Shown: positions 36,792 through 48,485, counted from the whole stretch's first letter. The stretch is DNA of 62,719 bases, filler included, from Basidiobolus ranarum (GCA_040143965.1; 44 parts of 44 records of this genome joined end to end with filler, not necessarily neighbours in it), one strand, 5' to 3'. The notes: generated from the sequence alone by a model not told the origin. A program made the numbers and translations.

Positions 36792-37073
36792 TGTTGAAAG
36801 TCTGGTGACTTGTGGTACAAGCAGTAATTCCCAAAGAGGAAAGTATGGAGTATGGTGACTGCATCTGAACACAAAGTCTAAGGCCAACCAGTGGCTTGTA
36901 TAGCCAAAATGCCAAAGTACCATACATTGACAGACTAGGTTAAGGTTCCCTAGCAATATAGGCATAGCATACAAGGACTGGTAGCTCAGTGGTTAGAACA
37001 CCTTGCTAGAGTGAAGGAGGTCCCAGGTACAAATCCTGGCCAGACCAATATTTCTCCCTAAATAATTTCAATT
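36792..37073 (+). mobile_element. Complete solo LTR (282 bp) carrying a tRNA-like sequence
   Basis: TGTTGAAAG...TTTCAA(tt) termini (TTTCAACA in the 18415 copy); flanks TATGG / TATG-contig end, consistent with a 5-bp TSD. Confidence 0.85.
36975..37047 (+). ncRNA. 73-nt tRNA-like cloverleaf inside an LTR (nominal anticodon AGA, short variable loop; probably not a translating tRNA)
   Basis: GGACTGG TA GCTC AGTGGTTA GAAC A CCTTG CTAGAGT GAAGG AGGTC CCAGG TACAAAT CCTGG CCAGACC A; A-box TAGCTCAGTGG; B-box GGTTCAATTCC in the 18441 copy. Confidence 0.85.
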
Positions 37074-37223
37074 TATGNNNNNNNNNNNNNNNNNNNNNNN
37101 NNNNNNNNNNNNNNNNNNNNNTTAATTAATTAANNNNNNNNNNNNNNNNNNNNNNNNNNNNNNNNNNNNNNNNNNNNCTGAATTTGGAAGCAATTTGAGG
37201 GCCTTGGTCAGATATTATAGTTT

Positions 37224-38386
37224 TGTTGAAGTTAATTTTCTTTATCATGTTTGTTATCTCTATCTTTATACACCTAACTATTTCATATATCATATATAAG
37301 TTAGTTAACATTACTTAGTCAAATGTCACTTAGCTGAAAATTGGAACATATATTATATATATATGTCAACAATGTGAGAATTAGCAATTCCATACTGAAA
37401 ATTTCAAACTTGTCCAAATTGCCATAAAGATAGCTCATTTTACTCCCACAGATGTTCTGAACACAACCTCAGTGTTAGTTTGCTGTATTTCCACCAAAAT
37501 GTATAAATGCTTTATTTCTGGACAATAGATAATTATCTCACAAAGCTATTCACAACTCCACTTTTCAAAAGTTCCTCCAAACAGCCCATATTTTTGCAAA
37601 AGGTTATGAGCCCCATGTTTCAACCTTTACAGCATGATTGAAACCACTACTACCACTTTTATAAACTCAAGTGTTGAAATTCTTGATAGAGAAAATCACA
37701 ATTTCTGGAAGTTCAAGATGCAAATCATGCTGGAAGACAGTGAGCTTTGGGACTTAGTCTCTGGAGATGAAAAGGAACTTTTGGACCCTTCTTTATTGGA
37801 AGCTTACATGAAAAGAGACAAGAAGGCCTTTAATGTCATTTTTCAAAGTTTGAAGGATTCACAACTAGTGAATATTCAACATGCAAAGACTTCCCATCAA
37901 GCTTGGACTATATTGGAAGAGTGTTATGAAGCAAAGAGTCTTGCTAATAGACTCTTTCTCAGATGAAAATTTGTCAATATAAAGATGGAAAAGTCTGAAA
38001 GCATGGTTATTCATATTGCAAATGTGAGATCTTTAGCAAAACAACTGGAAAATATTGGTGCAACTTTACAGGAAGAAGATGTTATCATGTCTCTTCTAAG
38101 TAGTCCACCAGATCAGTACTCAAACTTGGTCACAGCTTTGGAAGCAAGATCTGAAAAGTTGTCTTTGGAGTTTGTGGTAGAAAGGTTAATGGATCAATTT
38201 CCCAGAAGTAAGAATTTGGAAAAAGAAACTGAGGAAGTGCTCTTTCTGGAGCTGGAAAACATAGCTTTGGCAAGTACAAAGGTTACAAAAAAAGGAAACC
38301 AGGTTTATGCTATGGTTCTCACAAACAAGGACACCAGATAAAAGATTGCAAATCAAGAAATTACCACAAAAATGAGAAGTCAGAAC
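37224..38386 (+). mobile_element. Copia A 5' LTR, PBS (37602-37613) and gag, inserted in a Gypsy integrase fragment (37178-37223)
   Basis: GGTTATGAGCCC; gag ORFs at 37634 and 37985; IISDQGPQIASKF on the minus strand upstream. Confidence 0.9.
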
Positions 38387-38504
38387 TGTTGAAAGTCTGG
38401 TGACTTGTGGTACAAGCAGTAATTCCCAAATGGGGAAAATATGGAGAATGGTGACTGCTTCTGAACACAAAGTCTCAGGCCAATCAGTTGCTTGTATAGC
38501 TGAA
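38387..38504 (+). mobile_element. tRNA-bearing LTR family, 5' part (third copy)
   Basis: TGTTGAAAGTCTGGTGACTTGTGGTACAAGCAGTAATTCCCAAA is identical to the start at 36792; it interrupts Copia gag. Confidence 0.85.
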
Positions 38505-38604
38505 NNNNNNNNNNNNNNNNNNNNNNNNNNNNNNNNNNNNNNNNNNNNTTAATTAATTAANNNNNNNNNNNNNNNNNNNNNNNNNNNNNNNNNNNNNNNN
38601 NNNN

Positions 38605-39815
38605 TGGTTTTGCTCTTTTGGAGGGCGTTTCCGATCCGGATCAAATCGATTTTATTTTTGTCAGGGTTGAACGTTTTTCCCAGCTATCTGCATGGTCACC
38701 ACCTGACCGAATGTTAAGTTGAATGTTGTTCATCTGAAGCCACTTTCTGCATACTTGCACTGCATCTTTCCTTTCATACTTTTAAAAATACCGCTCAAGG
38801 ACTTTTGCTATTTACATACAAACTTGTAGTGTTACACTACTGAGGGTACTTTGTGGTGTTTGTGTGGCTATTTGCTTACTTTAACTTTGGGGCTAATTCT
38901 ACACTTTTAAAAGTACCAGTTGTGGTTGGAGAGCATGAGTTTTGTTTGCTGGTATTTTAACTTGTTCAGAGATGCCAGGTGTTGGATAGACTTCCAAATT
39001 TAGCACTCTTCTAACTGATGTATCTGGTTCCATGGTGAAATTAAGCCTTTTTGCCTATACATCTGACTCTGGAAATGGAGATCTTTGTAATGGTGAGTAG
39101 AATTTGGTAAGTGGGACAGTAGAGCCTAAACTGACTGGCTCCTTTGCTTTTCCCTTGAGTTTACTAACTTCCTGCTCCTTCAGTACTTCTTTGGCTGCTT
39201 TTCTTTCTTTTCCAAGTCAATAATTGTGTACATTTTTGAGATATTTCATGAAAAGGTCTGTACTAGCACAATTGCCATTTGCTTGCAAAAACCAGGATAA
39301 ACAACATGAAATAAGTCAAGAATCTTCAGAATAATGCCTGGTTTGTGGTTTTTCCACAATTGGCTCAAATCCAGGTCATTTGGGCAATATTCTGCACAGT
39401 TTCTAACATGTTAAACCACTAATCATCAGAGCAAGTGACGGCAGCTCTGACATTCAGAGTCTTTTAGTTTGCTGGTTTTCCTATGAGATTTCTACTTTCA
39501 TGTGCCCAAGTAATTTCAGGTCATTGTGTAAGCTTAATTGTCCAACACATATTCTGCTCTGCTAGATTGTAATGTTCACATTCATGTGTATGTTATGTGA
39601 GTGATTGAAATCCCATTTGAGAATGGCCAGAGGGAACAGCATGTTGCTGAAGCTCAAGTACAGCATTCTGAAGGTCTTGTATCATTGTTAAGTGACTCTC
39701 TAACTGTTGACCAGTTTCTTCCAAATGCTGCATTATTTGCAATATTGCAGAGTTATTACTTGTCATGGCCTGTATAGCAACTTTGTAGCTTTTACTTATG
39801 ATTACATACAGAGCA
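38605..39815 (-). mobile_element. CACTA right terminus (ends 38666) abutting a decayed ORF2
   Basis: TTTTTGTCAGGG, then sequence matching 18609-19938. Confidence 0.8.
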
Positions 39816-40031
39816 TTACATTGCTACATTTGCTAAAGTAAAGATAAAGAATAAGAAGGCAAATAGTGGCATTCTTATTACTAAACCTCTATAATATTTT
39901 ATTATTCTAGTATGATGTCTATCATAAAGGANNNNNNNNNNNNNNNNNNNNNNNNNNNNNNNNNNNNNNNNNNNNTTAATTAATTAANNNNNNNNNNNNN
40001 NNNNNNNNNNNNNNNNNNNNNNNNNNNNNNN

Positions 40032-41357
40032 ATTTGCTGGTGTTTTAGCTTGGTGAGAGGTGCCAGGTGTTGGATAAACTTCCAAATTAGCCCTTTTCCA
40101 ACTGGTGTACCCAGTTCCATGGTGAAATTAAGCTTTTTTGTCAGTATATCTGCCTCTGGAATTGCAGATCTTTGTACTGGTGTGAAGAATTTGGTAAGTG
40201 GGACAGTAGAGCGTAAACTCACTGGCTCCTTTGCTTTTCCCTTGGGTTTACTAACTTCCTGCTCCTTCAGTACTTCTTTAGCTGCTTTTCATTCTTTTCC
40301 AAGTCAATAATTGCATACATTTTTGCAATATTTCTTGAATAGGCCTATAATAGCCCAATTGCTATTTGCTTGCTAAAACCCAGGATAAGTGCCATGAAAT
40401 AAGTCAAGAACCTACGGAGTAATGCCTGGTTCTTGGTTTGCTGGTTTTCCTATGAGATTTCCACTTTCATGTGCCCAAGCAATTTTGGGTTGTGGTGTAG
40501 GCTTAATAGTCCAGCACATACTCTGCTTTGCTATATTGTCATGGTGACTGTCATATGTATAGTTTGGGATTGATAGGAATCCTGTATGAGAATGAACGGA
40601 GGGAGCAGCATGTTGCTGTAGCTCAAATACAGCATTCTGAAGGTCTAGTATTGTTGTGGAGTGACTCTCTAACTGTTGACTAGTTTCTTCCAAATGCTGC
40701 ATGAATTGCAGTATTGCGGCATTATTGCTTGTCATGGCCTGTATAGCAACTTCATAGTTTTTGCTTTTGAATGCATACAAATCATTATGGTGTTCTGCCT
40801 GCAATTCCCTTATTGTTATAATTGTATCCAAATTCTCTATAGAGGATTGTTCAATAGTAGGCAAAGTAGCCTTTTTGGAAATTAATGGTCTTGACAGAGT
40901 TTTGGTTGAACTTTGCTGAACTATTGATATACTACATAGTTGGGGGATTACAATCTCTTCACTTGTACTATTGCTGGAAAGGAACACATCTGGTAAATTG
41001 ATTAATGCTTTTGCATTACTTGAGTTAGTTTTTGGCATGTTAATGCCTTCCAAAGTGGATAGCAGATTGCTAGACTGCTGATCACTTAAGTCCTCAATTC
41101 TTGCTGGGTTTTTTCCTCTAGTGCCAGCAGGCTTTGGCTTGGAAGCCAATTTTGACTTAGATTCTGAACACGTTTTGAATGGCATTGAAATTTGCAGATG
41201 GTAAACTTGGTGTAATAATATTGCTTAGAAACAGCTTATAATAAACCAAAATTTCCATCCATTACCAGAAATATCTTGTAAATCCCCTGATGACTCATCT
41301 GTGACACCGTCTCAGAATCAGCTGATGATATTGATGGGCTATACCTAAAATACCACC
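40032..41357 (-). mobile_element. CACTA ORF2 N-terminal half (ATG at 41185) and intergenic region
   Basis: 257-aa open stretch MPFKTCSESKSK...coiled-coil-like LEETSQQLESHSTTILDLQNAVFELQQ. Confidence 0.8.
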
Positions 41358-41457
41358 NNNNNNNNNNNNNNNNNNNNNNNNNNNNNNNNNNNNNNNNNNN
41401 NTTAATTAATTAANNNNNNNNNNNNNNNNNNNNNNNNNNNNNNNNNNNNNNNNNNNN

Positions 41458-41956
41458 CACTACAAATAGAACTTCTCTATTATTAGATTATGACATCATA
41501 TCTGCTGTGCCATCCCTTCTTGGCATTCTGGTGTCAGTTCATCCGATTACCTTATATGGAAATCATGTTCTTTGGAACATTCCATGAAACCTAATCAAGC
41601 ATGTCATCCTACACCTAGTGTATTTCCGCCAAGACCTTCTATGGAAGGTCACCTGATCATCCTTACATCATACCTCTTTGTATTGGTCCTTGTAGTCCCC
41701 AACACCCCAACTCTTGAACTTGCCACAGTATATTTCCTATTCAGTATATTATGTTTCACCTTGCAATATCTATATAAGCCCCATGTATTCCTTGATCAGA
41801 CTGAGGTCTGATCAATGCCAGTTATCAATAAAGATTCTTGCCCAAGTATCTTCCTTGTCCAGACTTGTCTTGTCTTGTGGTCTACATATAAGTACTCTCC
41901 TGCCTTCTAGCCTCTTTTCATTGTTCCCAGTCCTTGTCCATTTCCTTATTGTGACA
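41458..41956 (+). repeat. LTR family C, nearly full length
   Basis: Ends TTGTGACA; inserted in Copia. Confidence 0.82.
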
Positions 41957-42783
41957 GTATCAGGCCCAATTTTTGATCAATTTTGCTCATTACAGAGCCC
42001 ACAAATGGCTGTCTGTGTTGCCTACCATATAGGCAACCTTCACATAGCCCCAGATCCAGTGGAATTACAAAATTTAGTCCCAAAACTATCTTGTTTTTAT
42101 TACATTTCTCATATTCTCAGCTCCTAGATGACCCAATCTCCTATGCCAGATTTTCCAGTCTATCTCTTTAGCAGTGGCAGTATTAATTTGTTCATATATT
42201 GGCCTAATATAATGAAGTTTATATAAGTTATTTTGCTTAGCTCCAGAAACTATGTAATTCCCTTTTTGATCCATGATTGTACAGCCATTTTGATCAAAAT
42301 TAAAGCTATATCCCTCAGATGTAGCTTTACTCACTGATAGCAAATTTTTTGTCATCCCAGGCACATATAGCACATTTTTAGTGTCAAATACATGTTCCCA
42401 GAGATGCCCCCAAGATCCACTTCAATTTCTCCCACTTGCAGAGCTTCTAGTGACCAGTCATCTCTCATATAAACCTTCCTGTTTATGTCCGTTTTGAGTG
42501 TCCTAAACCAGTTTTTTGATTAGAGAAATGTTGAGAGGCTCCAGAATCAATATACCACAACCTACAGTCTTGTTCAGAGGTCACTGATAGGGCAGATATG
42601 AAATAAACTTTCTTTTTGGTTGAAACCTGATTTGCTTGTTCTGACTTCTCATTTTTGTTGCAATTTATTGATTTGCAATCTTTTAACTGGTGTCCTGGTT
42701 TGTTACCACTTTAGCAACAACCTGGTTTCCTTCTTTTGTAACCTTTGTACTTGCCAAAGTTATGTTTTCCAGCTCCAAAAAGA
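41957..42783 (-). mobile_element. Copia A gag end, protease and pre-integrase region
   Basis: WYIDSGASQHF, LYVPGMTKNLLSVS, WHRRLGHLG. Confidence 0.92.
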
Positions 42784-42883
42784 NNNNNNNNNNNNNNNNN
42801 NNNNNNNNNNNNNNNNNNNNNNNNNNNTTAATTAATTAANNNNNNNNNNNNNNNNNNNNNNNNNNNNNNNNNNNNNNNNNNNN

Positions 42884-44209
42884 TGCATATGTAGAGACTA
42901 AACACAACAAGATTCTTGTATTTTTTGATTCTCATTATGGCTGGAATACAAAGCCTAAAATATCTAAATAAAGGCATGAATATTAATTTGAATTTCTACG
43001 GCAGTAATCCCAGTAATTTGCCATTCAAAAATTATATTTTTGCAAAAATCGCTGGATATTGAATAATGCATGCCAAATTTGAGGATCAATATTTTAACAT
43101 GTATGAATACCATTGAGATACCGTCAAGAAACTGCCGTCACACCATCAAAATCCCTGGCAGAATGCAATCAAACAATATTGTGGCGGTTGTCTGATGGTT
43201 TTGCTATTTTGAAGGGTGGATCCAATCTAGATCAAATCAATTTTATGTTTGTTAGGGCATGGGCACTGTACAAAGCCACCAGCTGTACAAAGCTTGGTGA
43301 ATATCAACAGTAATAAGTGCACAAAATTGACTTTAGTTTTGCCCACTGAGTTCACTTGCTAAGCTTAGTCTCAAAGTTTTGGTAACACTGCCAAAACTCA
43401 AGATACCATGGAGCTACCACAGTTATATGACCAGAATGATGTAGGCAGAAATGCAACTTTGGTCAAAGCAGTAAGTCCTGACACTTTTAAGGACATGCTG
43501 CTAGATTTTTATCTTGGCTATTCCAGTACTGAAGATAGTATATCAGAAGTTGAAGAAGAAGACAATGGTTTTGTTACAGACTATTTGCTATTGGCAAGCA
43601 TTAGTTCACTGGTAAGACTTTTGTGAAGGAAGCAGCCTTGATTATTGAGGAGTGGAGTGTTCAATTGAATCTGAGCAACCAGGTGTTTGTTGGTTTTCTT
43701 GCACTTTTACCAGAGTTGATTGGCAACTGTTGCTTGCCACAAACCTGGTACAAGTGGAAAACACTTGTCAATTGTATGACCTATAATCCTTCAGTAATTA
43801 AGCTACCTTCATGTCCAAATGACAGTTTACCTTTTACTGGTGATCTAAAAAACCTGAAGTAATGTACTGTTTTCACACAATGGGCAATCACTGAATCAGG
43901 TAAATATTGTTGATATTTGGCTTACATACCACTGATTCCCCATCCTAAAGTTTTGATGAAATCACCCAAATATAGATCATTTGTCCAACACTAAAGCACG
44001 CACCTCAAAGCCAATGGTATTACCAATATACTTGATGGATAGCACTACCAGAATCTGAAAAGTCAAGGTTTCTTTGAGAACATGTATAATCATGCATTTG
44101 CATTGGCTCTTCATGGTTTCTCACTAGACAAATATACCATTTAAAAGGCTTGCTGGCTAATAATTTTATTTAACTTATATCTTCCTCTTTCTTAATGATA
44201 TAAGAGACA
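42884..44209 (+). mobile_element. CACTA right terminus (ends 43257) nested in another copy's transposase N-terminus
   Basis: GTTAGGG followed by MELPQLYDQND...SCPND... Confidence 0.85.
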
Positions 44210-44309
44210 NNNNNNNNNNNNNNNNNNNNNNNNNNNNNNNNNNNNNNNNNNNNTTAATTAATTAANNNNNNNNNNNNNNNNNNNNNNNNNNNNNNNNNNN
44301 NNNNNNNNN

Positions 44310-44743
44310 TTAACCAAACCATTAGCTAGACAGAAATTTGAGAAATTTAGACCTTTATTAGGATTAGTTTATATGACTATTTAGTTGAGGGAGAGTGTTG
44401 AAATTAGCATTGCCTAAACATCTATATAGTCATATATAGCTTAATACTTAGTTATCTTATAATTTACTAAGATATTATCAATTATTCTCAATTGGAATTT
44501 ACTGAGAATATTTTTACCAACTTAGAAGTTTTCAGATATATAGATTTTTCAAACTTGTGCTAGCAGCCCCAAACTTTGCACAAATGTTTCTAGGACCTTC
44601 CTTAACATATTCTACATGTTAGCTTGTTTACATTGTGACAAAACCATAAGTGTCAACTTTCTACTCAATAAATCAATAAGTGAAAACCACCAACTCCTCT
44701 AATTCTCCAAACCACTTCCAACAGGCTCCCAAATACTTTTACA
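44310..44743 (+). mobile_element. Copia B 3' end: PPT 44387-44395 and complete 3' LTR 44396-44743
   Basis: TKPLARQKFEKFR...GAGGGAGAG-TGTTGAAATTAGC...TTTTACA. Confidence 0.9.
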
Positions 44744-45635
44744 GTAAGTGGTATTGGAATGTTGTTGAATAGTAAGTGCATAGTGCCTATTTGGAAGCAC
44801 TGGCTCCAACTGATCCCCTTTAGCAATATAATCTTAGGCTTACAGCTAACACCAAGTTTGATGTTAGACTGACAATTTGCTGAGGTGAATACTTCCAGTC
44901 TTTGCATTTGAATAAATGCCTAGATGAGGGGATATTGATGGGTGTCCTGGTTAAATATGATGGTATCTTGATGTTTTCAAGCAATTTCCCAATTGATTCA
45001 AACTTTGATACAATCTCAAATGGCTCATTCATATTGAATTTTCCACTATATAGCTGAGTAAGTAGTATTGGAATGTTACTGAACAGTAAGTACAGGGTGG
45101 CTAATGGGAAGCTCTGGCTCCAGCTGATCCCCTTTAGCAATATAGTCTTAGGCTTACAGTTAATACCAAGTTTGATGTTAGACTGACTATTTGGTGAATT
45201 GATATCAGTGATCATGTTGAAATCTGTCCGTGCTCTTGATGGTAAAATCATGGAGTTTAGTTTTGTATTTGGAAGGTAGTAGTACATATACCTGATAGAG
45301 TAGACTCCATTGATTTGATAAATTCAACAGCAAGATAGTGTATTGTGCTCACAAAAACCTCCCAGTTTACTGATGGCAGGAGTGTCACCAATACATACAA
45401 TGACATTAACTTTAATGAAATAATCACCCATATGAACTTCATTAGATAACCATTCAAATTCTGCAATCAAAGGCTCCTAGAAGCTATCTATAAGCACTGG
45501 TGATTTAAGTCCAGATATGATGGATGGTATCAAAATATTATGACTCTTCTACCCTTCAAAAGGAGAAAGATTTAAGTTAATTAAGATCATTAGCTAGCAA
45601 GCCTTTCCAATGGTACATTTGTTTTGTGAGAAACC
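44744..45635 (-). mobile_element. CACTA transposase core fragment with internal duplication
   Basis: GDTPAISKLGGF, RTPINIPSSRHLFKCKDWK. Confidence 0.85.
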
Positions 45636-45735
45636 NNNNNNNNNNNNNNNNNNNNNNNNNNNNNNNNNNNNNNNNNNNNTTAATTAATTAANNNNNNNNN
45701 NNNNNNNNNNNNNNNNNNNNNNNNNNNNNNNNNNN

Positions 45736-47060
45736 CTGTACCTTATACTTCACAGCAAAATGGAGTTGCAGAATGTGCTAATAGGAACATAGTGGAGATG
45801 GAAAGATTAATGTTACATGATCAAAAGTCAGATTACCAATACTGGGCTGAATTGGTCTCCGCTGCAGTCTATATCAAAAACAGATGCCCAACAAGATTGC
45901 TACAAAATCTTACTCTATTTGAAGCCCTATATGGATCAAAACCTAGTGTGGATCATCTCAGGATCTTTGATTGCACAGCATATTGCCTAACTGCAGCTCA
46001 AAAATGCTCAAAATTGGAACCCAAAAGCAGAAAATGCAATTTTTCTTGGTTACTATGATGGATCCAGGGCCTACAGACTGTTCGATACCAAAAATCAGAA
46101 GTTAATTAAGTGCAGAGATGTGATTTCTGATGAAAAAGCAAATTATTCACCTCAAATCATAGTTCCTGATCCATAAAACATAATCAGCACTATCAGGAAG
46201 TGTCTGACAAAATTTGAGCTGTATATGAGCCCTATTCAACCAAAATTTCAGTTCCAATTACATCAAGGGATGATTCAGGACCCAGAAGATCACCCGGAAG
46301 GAGAAATAAGCCAGGAAACTGGTGGAATACTTCCAATGATGATGTATATGCTTATGCAGCATTTTGTGACAATCCACAGACTCTAGATCAAGCTTTGGAG
46401 TGTTCTGAATCAAAATTATGGGAAAAAACAATGTTGGATCAGTTTTCTTCCCTGCAGGACAATAAAACATGGGTTTTAAGTCCTCTGCCATCAGGGAGAA
46501 AGCCAATAGGATGCAAATGGGTCTACAATGTCAAAAACCACGCTGATGTAACCATAGAAAGGTACAAAGCAAGTTTGGTTGCAAAAGACTATTCCTACAT
46601 TCCAAGACTTGATTTTAATGAAACTTCTGCTCTGGTAGCTACGTTTAGCTCTATTAGATCAATCCTGGCACTCTCAGCCATCCATAACCTTGATCTACAT
46701 CAAATGGATGTAAAAACAGCCTTTCTGAATGAAGATATAGAAGAAGAGATCTATATGGAGCAACCAGATGGATTTGTTGACCCAAAACATCCTGATATGG
46801 TCCGTAAACTGCAAAAATTGCTCTATGGACTCAAGCAAGCACCCAGGGCATGGTACGACAAGATAGATACCTATTTGGACCCTCTGGAATTCCAAAAATG
46901 CCCAGCAGATCACAGTATCTACATCAAAACAACCGGAAATAGGATGCTTATCTTGGCTCAATAAGTGGATGACTTAATCATAGCCACAAATGATCTAAAA
47001 GCACTTAATCAGACAAAAAGCAGCCTATCAAACCAATTTCAGATGACTGATACAGGTGAA
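45736..47060 (+). mobile_element. Copia integrase-RT
   Basis: QQNGVAE, GCKWVY, HQMDVKTAFLN, LYGLKQAPRAWY, decayed YVDD. Confidence 0.95.
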
Positions 47061-47160
47061 NNNNNNNNNNNNNNNNNNNNNNNNNNNNNNNNNNNNNNNN
47101 NNNNTTAATTAATTAANNNNNNNNNNNNNNNNNNNNNNNNNNNNNNNNNNNNNNNNNNNN

Positions 47161-47317
47161 AAGAATCATCTAAAGATAAAGAATTTAATAAGATCATTAA
47201 AGTTACACCTAATAGCATCATTTCTAAGCTTATTAGCATTAATATTAAATTCCTTTTATTTAGTATAAAACCATATATACCTATTAGAAATAAAAATAAA
47301 CCTAATTTGTTCATCAT
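47161..47317 (-). CDS. nad4L: NADH dehydrogenase subunit 4L, mitochondrial type, 5' part
   Basis: MMNKLGLFLFLIGIYGFILNKRNLILMLISLEMMLLGVTLMILLNSLSLDDS; very AT-rich codons typical of fungal mtDNA. Confidence 0.93.
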
Positions 47318-47320
47318 TTT

Positions 47321-48485
47321 GGCTGTCCCTCCGGCGGGGTTGTTTTACGCTCTTTCCCCCCCCCCTCCTCCCCCCCCCCCCTTTGGGCCGGGGGCCCCCG
47401 GCAAGGGGGCCCCCCCCCCCTTTGGGGGGGGGCCTACGGGGGTGGGGGGTTTCGGGGGGGGGGGTTTTCGCTCGAAAGGCGGGGTGCACCCTTTGAGGGA
47501 AGGCCACTGAGCCATCCCCCCCCCCGGGGGGGGGGCGCCTTGTTTACCAACCCCTCCCATCCGACCGAAGCCGGATCCCCCGATCCATAACCCCCCCCTC
47601 CCCCCTTCCCCAAAGGGGAAGGAGGGGGGGGGCCATCCCGGGGCCTTTTGGCCCCCCCCCGAAGGGATCAGGATCAGCCCTACCCCCCCCCCCGGGCGCA
47701 GGCCCCCCCCCTTTGGGGGGGGCCTTTAGAGGGGCCCCCTGAAGGGGGGCTTCGGAGGAGGGGGGGCTAAAGCCCAAAGGAATCGGGGGGAGAGGCGTTT
47801 GACAAGGCCGACAGCCGCGGTGGGGGGCTCCTTCGGAGGGGGGGGGGCGAATGGCCCCCCCCTGGGTTTACCAGGAGGGGGAAGGAGCGGCCCCCCGGGG
47901 AATTGCCCGACCGCCACTTTCTTTTTCTTCTTCTCGCGAATCAACCAACCAACCAAACGCCCCCCCCCACCAGGGCTAACCACGGGGGGGGCAGTGAGCC
48001 ATCCCGCTTCCCTCCCCCCCCCTTGCCCGAAGGGACCGTCCCCCCCCTGGCTTTTCGAGGGGGGGGAAGGTGCGGTCCCTGGGGGTCGGTACGGGGGGGG
48101 GAGGGTTCTGCCTCCCCCCCTTCGATTTACCCCTCCCCATTCCTCCCCCCGGGGCGGGGGGCCACTGAGCCAGGGGCTCTTTCACTGCCCCCGCCCCGAT
48201 CCCTTTGGGCTACCGCCGGGTGCCCCCTCCCCCCCCCTCCCCCCCCCTCTTCAGGTGCCGAAGGATCAGTCCCCCCCCATCTATTGATCCCCCCTCCTTG
48301 GTTCCTTCGGGTAGGTGGGGGGGGGGAGGGTGGCCCCCCTCCCTCCTTCCCCTTTTTCGTACGGGGGAGGGGGGTATGGATCGGGGGGGGGGGGGCGGGG
48401 AGGGGTGGGGGGGGCGGGGCCGGCCGCGGCGCGGGGGGGGGGGGGGGGCCCGCGGGGGGGGGGGAGGCGGCGGGGGGGGGGGGGG
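47321..48485. repeat. GC-cluster array of poly-C/poly-G palindromes upstream of nad4L
   Basis: GCCGGGGGCCCCCGGC (47387-47402), GG-C11-TTT-G9-CC (47408-47434), GG-C9-TTT-G8-CC (47701-47724), recurrent CTTCGG/CCGAAG. Confidence 0.8.

Noticed and set aside
36975-37047. A functional tRNA-Ser(AGA) gene or a standard SINE
   Set aside because: No long variable arm, a G-G opposition in the anticodon stem, decayed T-loop and no T4 terminator; it lies inside TG...CA termini rather than heading a tailed SINE.
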